A stretch of DNA of 64,000 nucleotides from Eledone cirrhosa (Eukaryota). Positions 51,201 to 64,000 of the stretch are shown here, piece by piece; position 1 is the stretch's first letter, and every line of letters begins with the position of its first letter. A model generated the notes under the pieces. That model had not been told where the DNA came from and ran no database searches. It saw only the letters and a program-made list of their open reading frames with translations. The position numbers were made by a program, and so were the translations under genes. Where the stretch lies: assembly GCA_964016885.1 (NCBI GenBank), contig OZ024748.1:41230001-41294000 (forward strand). Direction: 5' to 3'.

Positions 51201-54200
51201 CTCCTATATATAGTCACACATCACAACACAACCAAATCTCTCCTATATATATAGTCACACATCACAACACAACCAAATCTCTCCTATATATAGTCACACA
51301 TCACAAAACAACCAAATCTCTCCTATATATAGTCACACATCACAACACAACCAAATCTCTCCTATATATAGTCACACATCACAACACAACCAAATCTCTC
51401 CTATATATAGTCACACATCACAACACAACCAAATCTCTCCTATATATAGTCACACATCACAACACAACCAAATCTCTCCTATATATAGTCACACATCACA
51501 ACACATCCAAATCTCTCCTATATTTAGTCACACATCACAACACAACCAAATCTCTCCTATATATAGTCACACATCACGACACAAACAAATCTCTCCTATA
51601 TATAGTCACACATCACAACACAACCAAATCTCTCCTATATATAGTCACACATCACAACACAACCAAATCTCTCCTATATATAGTCACACATCACAACACA
51701 ACCTGATCTCTCTCCTATATATAGTCACATATCACAACACAACCAAATCTCTCCTATATATAGTCACACATCACAACACAACCAAATCTTTCCTATATAT
51801 AGTCACACATCACAACACAACCAAATCCCTCTCCTATATATAGTCACACATCACAACACAACCAAATCTCTCCTATATATAGTCTCACATCACAACACAA
51901 CCAAATTTCTCCTATATATAGTCACACATGACAACACAATCAAATCTCTCCTATATATAGTCACACATCACAACACAACCAGATCTCTCTCCTATATATA
52001 GTCACACATCACAACACAACCAAATCTCTCCTATATATAGTCACACATCACAACACAACCTGATCTCTCTCCTATATATAATCACACATCACAACACAAC
52101 CAAATATCTCCTATATATAGTCACACATCATAACACAACCAAATCTCTCCTATATATAGTCACACATGACAACACAACCAAATCTCTCCTATATATAGTC
52201 ACACATCACAACACAACAAAATCTCTCCTATATATAGTCACACATGACAACACAACCAAATATCTCCTATATATAGTCACACAACACAACACAACCTGAT
52301 CTCTCTCTTATATATAGTCACACATCACAACACGACCAAATCTCTCTCCTATATATAGTCACACATCACAACACAACCAAATCTCTCCTATATATAGTCA
52401 CACATCACAACACAACCAAATCTCTCCTATATATAGTCACACATCACAACACAACGAAATCTCTCCTATATATAGTCACACATCATAAAACAACCAAATC
52501 TCTCCTATATATAGTCACACATCACAACACAACCAAATCTCTCCAATATATAGTCACACATCACAACACATCCAAATCTCTCCTATATATAGTCACACAT
52601 CACAACACAACCAAATCTCTCCTCTATATAGTCACACATCACAACACAACCAAATCTCTCCTATATATAGTCACACATCACAACACAACCTGATATCTCT
52701 CCTATATATAGTCACACATCACAACACAACCAAATCTCTCTCCTATATATAGTCACACATCACAACACAACCAAATCTTTCCTATATGTAGTCACACATC
52801 ACAACACACCCAAATCTCTCTCCTATATATAGTCACACATCACAACACAACCAAATCTCTCCTATATATAGTCACACATCACAACACAACCTGATCTCTC
52901 TCCTATATATAGTCACACATCACAACACAACCAAATCTCTCCTATATATAGTCACACATCACAACACAACCAAATCTCTCTCCTATATATAGTCACACAC
53001 CACAACACAACCAAATATCTCCTATATATAGTCACACATCACAACACAACCTGATCTCTCTCCTATATATAGTGACACATCACAACACAACCAAATCTCT
53101 CCTATATATAGTCACACATGACAACACAACCAAATCTCTCCTATATATAGTCACACATCACAACACAACCAAATCTCTCTCCTATATATAGTCACACAGC
53201 ACAACACAACGAAATCTCTCCTATATATAGTCACACATCACAACACAACCAAATCTCTCCTATATATAGTCACACATCACAACACAACCAAATTTCTCCT
53301 ATATATAGTCACACATCACAGCACAACCAAATCTCTCCTATATATAGTCACACATCACAACACAACCAAATCTCTCTCCTATATATAGTCACACATCACA
53401 ACACAACCAAATCTCTCCTATATATAGTCACACATCACAACACAACCAAATCTCTCCTATATATAGTCACACATCACAACACAACCAAATCTCTCCTATA
53501 TATAGTCACACATCACAATACAACCAAATCTCTCCTATATATAGTCACACATCACAACACAAGCAAATCTCTCCTATATATAGTCACACATCACAACACA
53601 ACCAAATCTCTCCTATATATAGTCAAACATCACAACACAACAAAATCTCTCCTATATATAGTCACACATCACAACACAACCAAATCTCTCCTATATATAG
53701 TCACACATCACCACACAACCAAATCTCTCCTATATATAGTCACACATCATAACACAACCAAATCTCTCCTATATATAGTCACACATCACAACACAACCAA
53801 ATCTCTCCTATATATAGTCACACATCACAACACAAGCAAATCTCTCCTATATATAGTCACACATGACAACACAACCAAATCTCTCCTATATATAGTCACA
53901 CATCACAACACAAGCAAATCTCTCCTATATATAGTCACACATGACAACACAACCAAATCTCTCCTATATATAGTCACACATCACCACACAACCAAATCTC
54001 TCTCCTATATATAGTGACACATCACAACACAACCAAATCTCTCCTATATATAGTCACACATCACAACACAAGCAAATCTCTCCTATATATAGTCACACAT
54101 GACAACACAACCAAATCTCTCCTATATATAGTCACACATCACAACACAACCAAATCTCTCCTATATATAGTCACACATGACAACACAACCAAATCTCTCG

Positions 54201-57200
54201 TATATATAGTCACACATGACAACACAAACAAATCTCTCTCCTATATATAGTCACACAGCACAACACAACGAAATCTCTCCTATATATAGTCACACATCAC
54301 AACACAACCAAATCTCTCCTATATATAGTCACACATCACAACACAACCAAATTTCTCCTATATATAGTCACACATCACAGCACAACCAAATCTCTCCTAT
54401 ATATAGTCACACATCACAACATAACCAAATCTCTCTCCTATATATAGTCACACATCACAACACAACCAAATCTCTCCTATATATAGTCACACATCACAAC
54501 ACAACCAAATCTCTCCTATATATAGTCACACATCACAACACAACCAAATCTCTCCTATATATAGTCACACATCACAATACAACCAAATCTCTCCTATATA
54601 TAGTCACACATCACAACACAAGCAAATCTCTCCTATATATAGTCACACATCACAACACAACCAAATCTCTCCTATATATAGTCAAACATCACAACACAAC
54701 AAAATCTCTCCTATATATAGTCACACATCACAACACAACCAAATCTCTCCTATATATAGTCACACATCACCACACAACCAAATCTCTCCTATATATAGTC
54801 ACACATCATAACACAACCAAATCTCTCCTATATATAGTCACACATCACAACACAACCAAATCTCTCCTATATATAGTCACACATCACAACACAAGCAAAT
54901 CTCTCCTATATATAGTCACACATGACAACACAACCAAATCTCTCCTATATATAGTCACACATGACAACACAAGCAAATCTCTCCTATATATAGTCACACA
55001 TGACAACACAACCAAATCTCTCCTATATATAGTCACACATCACCACACAACCAAATCTCTCCTATATATAGTCACACATCATAACACAACCAAATCTCTC
55101 CTATATATAGTCACACAGCACAACACAACGAAATCTCGCCTATATATAGTCACACATCACAACACAACCAAATCTCTCCTATATATAGTCACACATCACC
55201 ACACAACCAAATCTCTCCTATATATAGTCACACATCATAACACAACCAAATCTCTCCTATATATAGTCACACATCACAACACAACCAAATCTCTCCTATA
55301 TATAGTCACACATCACAACACAACGAAATCTCTCCTATATTTAGTCACACATCACAACACAACCAAATCTCTCCTATATATAGTCACACATCACAACACA
55401 ACCAAATCTCTCCTATATATAGTCACACATCACAACACAACCAAATCTCTCCTATATATAGTCACACATCACAACACAAGCAAATATCTCCTATATATAG
55501 TCACACATGACAACACAACCAAATCTCTCTCCTATATATAGTCACACATCACAACACAACTAAATCTCTCCTATATATAGTCACACATCACTACACAACC
55601 AAATCTCTCCTATATATAGTCACACAGCACAACACAACGAAATCTCTCCTATATATAGTCACACATCACAATACAACCAAATCTCTCCTATATATAGTCA
55701 CACATCACAACACAACCAAATCTCTCCTATATATAGTCACACATCACAATTCAACCAAATCTCTCCTATATATAGTCACACATCAGAACACAACCAAATA
55801 TCTCCTATATATAGTCACACATCACAACACAACCAAATCTCTCTCCTATATATAGTCACACATCACAACACAACCAAATCTCTCCTATATATAGTCACAC
55901 ATCACAGCACAACCAAATCTCTCCTATATATAGTCACACATCACAACACAACCAAATCTCTCCTATATATATAGTCACACATCACAACACAAACAAATCT
56001 CTCCTATATATAGTCACACATCACAACACAACCAAATCTCTCCTATATATATAGTCACACATCACAACACAACCAAATCTCTCCTATATATAGTCACACA
56101 TCACAAAACAACCAAATCTCTCCTATATATAGTCACACATCACAACACAACCAAATCTCTCCTATATATAGTCACACATCACAACACAACCAAATCTCTC
56201 CTATATATAGTCACACATCACAACACAACCAAATCTCTCCTATATATAGTCACACATCACAACACAACCAAATCTCTCCTATATATAGTCACACATCACA
56301 ACACATCCAAATCTCTCCTATATTTAGTCACACATCACAACACAACCAAATCTCTCCTATATATAGTCACACATCACGACACAACCAAATCTCTCCTATA
56401 TATAGTCACACATCACAACACAACCAAATCTCTCCTATATATAGTCACACATCACAACACAACCAAATCTCTCCTATATATAGTCACACATCACAACACA
56501 ACCTGATCTCTCTCCTATATATAGTCACATATCACAACACAACCAAATCTCTCCTATATATAGTCACACATCACAACACAACCAAATCTTTCCTATATAT
56601 AGTCACACATCACAACACAACCAAATCCCTCTCCTATATATAGTCACACATCACAACACAACCAAATCTCTCCTATATATAGTCTCACATCACAACACAA
56701 CCAAATTTCTCCTATATATAGTCACACATGACAACACAATCAAATCTCTCCTATATATAGTCACACATCACAACACAACCAAATCTCTCTCCTATATATA
56801 GTCACACATCACAACACAACCAAATCTCTCCTATATATAGTCACACATCACAACACAACCTGATCTCTCTCCTATATATAATCACACATCACAACACAAC
56901 CAAATATCTCCTATATATAGTCACACATCATAACACAACCAAATCTCTCCTATATATAGTCACACATGACAACACAACCAAATCTCTCCTATATATAGTC
57001 ACACATCACAACACAACCAAATCTCTCCTATATATAGTCACACATGACAACACAACCAAATCTCTCCTATATATAGTCACACAACACAACACAACCTGAT
57101 CTCTCTCCTATATATAGTCACACATCACAACACGACCAAATCTCTCTCCTATATATAGTCACACATCACAACACAACCAAATCTCTCCTATATATAGTCA

Positions 57201-60200
57201 CACATCACAACACAACGAAATCTCTCCTATATATAGTCACACATCATAAAACAACCAAATCTCTCCTATATATAGTCACACATCACAACACAACCAAATC
57301 TCTCCAATATATAGTCACACATCACAACACATCCAAATCTCTCCTATATATAGTCACACATCACAACACAACCAAATCTCTCCTCTATATAGTCACACAT
57401 CACAACACAACCAAATCTCTCCTATATATAGTCACACATCACAACACAACCTGATATCTCTCCTATATATAGTCACACATCACAACACAACCAAATCTCT
57501 CCTATATATAGTCACACATCACAACACAACCAAATCTCTCTCCTATATATAGTCACACATCACAACACAACCAAATCTCTCCTATATATAGTCACACATC
57601 ACAACACAACCTGATCTCTCTCCTATATATAGTCACACATCACAACACAACCAAATCTCTCCTATATATAGTCACACATCACAACACAACCAAATCTCTC
57701 TCCTATATATAGTCACACACCACAACACAACCAAATCTCTCCTATATATAGTCACACATCACAACACAACCAAATCTCTCTCCTATATATAGTCACACAT
57801 CACAACACAACCAAATCTTTCCTATATGTAGTCACACATCACAACACACCCAAATCTCTCTCCTATATATAGTCACACATCACAACACAACCAAATCTCT
57901 CCTATATATAGTCACACATCACAACACAACCTGATCTCTCTCCTATATATAGTCACACATCACAACACAACCAAATCTCTCCTATATATAGTCACACATC
58001 ACAACACAACCAAATCTCTCTCCTATATATAGTCACACACCTCAACACAACCAAATCTCTCCTATATATAGTCACACATCACAACACAACCTGATCTCTC
58101 TCCTATATATAGTGACACATCACAACACAACCAAATCTCTCCTATATATAGTCACACATGACAACACAACCAAATCTCTCCTATATATAGTCACACATCA
58201 CAACACAACCAAATCTCTCTCCTATATATAGTCACACAGCACAACACAACGAAATCTCTCCTATATATAGTCACACATCACAACACAACCAAATCTCTCC
58301 TATATATAGTCACACATCACAACACAACCAAATTTCTCCTATATATAGTAACACATCACAGCACAACCAAATCTCTCCTATATATAGTCACACATCACAA
58401 CACAACCAAATCTCTCTCCTATATATAGTCACACATCACAACACAACCAAATCTCTCCTATATATAGTCACACATCACAACACAACCAAATCTCTCCTAT
58501 ATATAGTCACACATCACAACACAACCAAATCTCTCCTATATATAGTCACACATCACAGCACAACCAAATCTCTCCTATATATAGTCACACATCACAACAC
58601 AACCAAATCTCTCCTATATATAGTCACACATCACAACACAACCAAATCTCTCCTATATATAGTCAAACATCACAACACAACAAAATCTATCCTATATATA
58701 GTCACACATCACAACACAACCAAATCTCTCCTATATATAGTCACACATCACCACACAACCAAATCTCTCCTATATATAGTCACACATCATAACACAACCA
58801 AATCTCTCCTATATATAGTCACACATCACAACACAACCAAATCTCTCCTATATATAGTCACACATCACAACACAAGCAAATCTCTCCTATATATAGTCAC
58901 ACATGACAACACAACCAAATCTCTCCTATATATAGTCACACATCACAACACAAGCAAATCTCTCCTATATATAGTCACACATGACAACACAACCAAATCT
59001 CTCCTATATATAGTCACACATCACCACACAACCAAATCTCTCTCCTATATATAGTGACACATCACAACACAACCAAATCTCTCCTATATATAGTCACACA
59101 TCACAACACAAGCAAATCTCTCCTATATATAGTCACACATGACAACACAACCAAATCTCTCCTATATATAGTCACACATCACAACACAACCAAATCTCTC
59201 TCCTATATATAGTCACACAGCACAACACAACGAAATCTCTCCTATATATAGTCACACATCACAACACAACCAAATCTCTCCTATATATAGTCACACATCA
59301 CAACACAACCAAATTTCTCCTATATATAGTCACACATCACAGCACGACCAAATCTCTCCTATATATAGTCACACATCACAACACAACCAAATCTCTCTCC
59401 TATATATAGTCACACATCACAACACAACCAAATCTCTCCTATATATAGTCACACATCACAACACAACCAAATCTCTCCTATATATAGTCACACATCACAA
59501 CACAACCAAATCTCTCCTATATATAGTCACACATCACAATACAACCAAATCTCTCCTATATATAGTCACACATCACAACACAAGCAAATCTCTCCTATAT
59601 ATAGTCACACATCACAACACAACCAAATCTCTCCTATATATAGTCAAACATCACAACACAACAAAATCTCTCCTATATATAGTCACACATCACAACACAA
59701 CCAAATCTCTCCTATATATAGTCACACATCACCACACAACCAAATCTCTCCTATATATAGTCACACATCATAACACAACCAAATCTCTCCTATATATAGT
59801 CACACATCACAACACAACCAAATCTCTCCTATATATAGTCACACATCACAACACAAGCAAATCTCTCCTATATATAGTCACACATGACAACACAACCAAA
59901 TCTCTCCTATATATAGTCACACATCACAACACAAGCAAATCTCTCCTATATATAGTCACACATGACAACACAACCAAATCTCTCCTATATATAGTCACAC
60001 ATCACCACACAACCAAATCTCTCCTATATATAGTCACACATCATAACACAACCAAATCTCTCCTATATATAGTCACACAGCACAACACAACGAAATCTCG
60101 CCTATATATAGTCACACATGACAACACAACCAAATCTCTCCTATATATAGTCACACATCACCACACAACCAAATCTCTCCTATATATAGTCACACATCAT

Positions 60201-63200
60201 AACACAACCAAATCTCTCCTATATATAGTCACACATCACAACACAACCAAATCTCTCCTATATATAGTCACACATCACAACACAAGCAAATCTCTCCTAT
60301 ATATATTCACACATGACAACACAACCAAATCTCTCCTATATATAGTCACACATCACAACACAAGCAAATCTCTCTCCTATATATAGTCACACATCACAAC
60401 ACAACTAAATCTCTCCTATATATAGTCACACATCACTACACAACCAAATCTCTCCTATATATAGTCACACGGCACAACACAACGAAATCTCTCCTATATA
60501 TAGTCACACATCACAACACAACCAAATCTCTCCTATATATAGTCACACATCACAACACAACCAAATCTCTCCTATATATAGTCACACATCACAACACAAC
60601 CAAATCTCTCCTATATATAGTCACACATCACAACACAAGCAAATATCTTCTATATATAGTCACACATGACAACACAACCAAATCTCTCCTATATATAGTC
60701 ACACATCACAACACAACCAAATCTCTCTCCTATATATAGTCACACATCACAACACAACTAAATCTCTCCTATATATAGTCACACATCACTACACAACCAA
60801 ATCTCTCCTATATATAGTCACACAGCACAACACAACGAAATCTCTCCTATATATAGTCACACATCACAACACAACCAAATCTCTCCTATATATAGTCACA
60901 CATCACAACACAACCAAATCTCTCCTATATATAGTCACACATCACAATTCAACCAAATCTCTCCTATATATAGTCACACATCACAACACAACCAAATATC
61001 TCCTATATATAGTCACACATCACAACACAACCAAATCTCTCTCCTATATATAGTCACACATCACAACACAACCAAATCTCTCCTATATATAGTCACACAT
61101 CACAGCACAACCAAATCTCTCCTATATATAGTCACACATCACAAAACAACCAAATCTCTCTCCTATATATAGTCACACATCACAACACAACCAAATCTCT
61201 GCTATATATAGTCACACATCACAACACAACCAAATCTCTCCTATATATAGTCACACATCACAATACAACCAAATCTCTCCTATATATAGTCACACATCAC
61301 AACACAAGCAAATCTCTCCTATATATAGTCACACATCACAACACAACCAAATCTCTCCTATATATAGTCAAACATCACAACACAACAAAATCTCTCCTAT
61401 ATATAGTCACACATCACAACACAACCAAATCTCTCCTGTATATAGTCACACATCACCACACAACCAAATCTCTCCTATATATAGTCACACATCATAACAC
61501 AACCAAATCTCTCCTATATATAGTCACACATCACAACACAACCAAATCTCTCCTATATATAGTCACACATCACAACACAAGCAAATCTCTCCTATATATA
61601 GTCACACATGACAACACAACCAAATCTCTCCTATATATAGTCACACATCACAACACAAGCAAATCTCTCCTATATATAGTCACACATCACAACACAACCA
61701 AATCTCTCCTATATATAGTCACACATCACCACACAACCAAATCTCTCCTATATATAGTCACACATCATAACACAACCAAATCTCTCCTATATATAATCAC
61801 ACAGCACAACACAACGAAATCTCGCCTATATATAGTCACACATCACAACACAACCAAATCTCTCCTATATATAGTCACACATCACTACACAACCAAATCT
61901 CTCCTATATATAGTCACACATCATAACACAACCAAATCTCTCCTATATATAGTCACACATCACAACACAACCAAATCTCTCCTATATATAGTCACACATC
62001 ACAACACAAGCAAATCTCTCCTATATATATTCACACATGACAACACAACCAAATCTCTCCTATATATAGTCACACATCACAACACAAGCAAATCTCTCTC
62101 CTATATATAGTCACACATCACAACACAACTAAATCTCTCCTATATATAGTCACACATCACTACACAACCAAATCTCTCCTATATATAGTCACACGGCACA
62201 ACACAACGAAATCTCTCCTATATATAGTCACACATCACAACACAACCAAATCTCTCCTATATATAGTCACACATCACAACACAACCAAATCTCTCCTATA
62301 TATAGTCACACATCACAACACAACCAAATCTCTCCTATATATAGTCACACATCACAACACAAGCAAATATCTTCTATATATAGTCACACATGACAACACA
62401 ACCAAATCTCTCCTATATATAGTCACACATCACAACACAACCAAATCTCTCTCCTATATATAGTCACACATCACAACACAACTAAATCTCTCCTATATAT
62501 AGTCACACATCACTACACAACCAAATCTCTCCTATATATAGTCACACAGCACAACACAACGAAATCTCTCCTATATATAGTCACACATCACAACACAACC
62601 AAATCTCTCCTATATATAGTCACACATCACAACACAACCAAATCTCTCCTATATATAGTCACACATCACAATTCAACCAAATCTCTCCTATATATAGTCA
62701 CACATCACAACACAACCAAATCTCTCCTATATATAGTCACACATCACAACACAACCAAATCTCTCCTATATATAGTCACACATCACAACACATCCAAATC
62801 TCTCCTATATTTAGTCACACATCACAACACAACCAAATCTCTCCTATATATAGTCACACATCACGACACAACCAAATCTCTCCTATATATAGTCACACAT
62901 CACAACACAACCAAATCTCTCCTATATATAGTCACACATCACAACACAACCAAATCTCTCCTATATATAGTCACACATCACAACACAACCTGATCTCTCT
63001 CCTATATATAGTCACATATCACAACACAACCAAATCTCTCCTATATATAGTCACACATCACAACACAACCAAATCTTTCCTATATATAGTCACACATCAC
63101 AACACAACCAAATCCCTCTCCTATATATAGTCACACATCACAACACAACCAAATCTCTCCTATATATAGTCTCACATCACAACACAACCAAATTTCTCCT

Positions 63201-64000
63201 ATATATAGTCACACATGACAACACAATCAAATCTCTCCTATATATAGTCACACATCACAACACAACCAAATCTCTCTCCTATATATAGTCACACATCACA
63301 ACACAACCAAATCTCTCCTATATATAGTCACACATCACAACACAACCTGATCTCTCTCCTATATATAATCACACATCACAACACAACCAAATATCTCCTA
63401 TATATAGTCACACATCATAACACAACCAAATCTCTCCTATATATAGTCACACATGACAACACAACCAAATCTCTCCTATATATAGTCACACATCACAACA
63501 CAACCAAATCTCTCCTATATATAGTCACACATGACAACACAACCAAATCTCTCCTATATATAGTCACACAACACAACACAACCTGATCTCTCTCCTATAT
63601 ATAGTCACACATCACAACACGACCAAATCTCTCTCCTATATATAGTCACACATCACAACACAACCAAATCTCTCCTATATATAGTCACACATCACAACAC
63701 AACGAAATCTCTCCTATATATAGTCACACATCATAAAACAACCAAATCTCTCCTATATATAGTCACACATCACAACACAACCAAATCTCTCCAATATATA
63801 GTCACACATCACAACACATCCAAATCTCTCCTATATATAGTCACACATCACAACACAACCAAATCTCTCCTCTATATAGTCACACATCACAACACAACCA
63901 AATCTCTCCTATATATAGTCACACATCACAACACAACCTGATATCTCTCCTATATATAGTCACACATCACAACACAACCAAATCTCTCCTATATATAGTC
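48283..64000 (+). repeat. 39-bp satellite array (about 400 units, open at the window end)
   Basis: Unit cacatcacaacacaaccaaatctctcctatatatagtca, with recurring variants and 41-bp units. Confidence 0.98.

Noticed and set aside
49436-55541. Long 268-441 aa ORFs with 13-aa periodicity
   Set aside because: Read-through of a 39-bp satellite that lacks stops in two frames. The frames are broken by 41-bp units.

Overview
AT-rich, repeat-saturated eukaryotic DNA. The SINE families and (TA)n/(CA)n/(GA)n density suggest an octopus-like cephalopod, which is an inference. I found no convincing host protein-coding exon. The only substantial coding unit is a near-intact ~5.7 kb Tx1/L1-clade LINE (31630-37351) with a CCHC ORF1 and an APE-RT-zinc-finger ORF2. 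It is inserted in a (TATC)n microsatellite and is broken only by two +1 G slips in G homopolymers. Other content includes CRE- and RTE(Rex3/Expander)-like LINE remnants, a non-autonomous Helitron, Tc1/mariner-type MITEs, tRNA-derived SINEs, about 15 minisatellites (several visibly expanded from TE sequence) and a >15.7 kb 39-bp satellite with kb-scale higher-order duplication. The most notable signal is invisible to the ORF track. At least 12 minimal type I hammerhead-ribozyme motifs, from about 6 sequence-distinct families, lie in short non-coding, mostly fold-back elements at (TA)n tracts. They share the architecture stemI-CUGA(U/C)GA-stemII-GAAA-palindrome-UA-stemI', with palindromes TATATA, TGCGCA, CCATGG, CTGCAG or CTAG. 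One family forms a 422-bp tandem monomer resembling a retrozyme. This points to a dense, diverse population of non-autonomous Penelope-like/retrozyme elements. All structures were paired by eye and none was computed.
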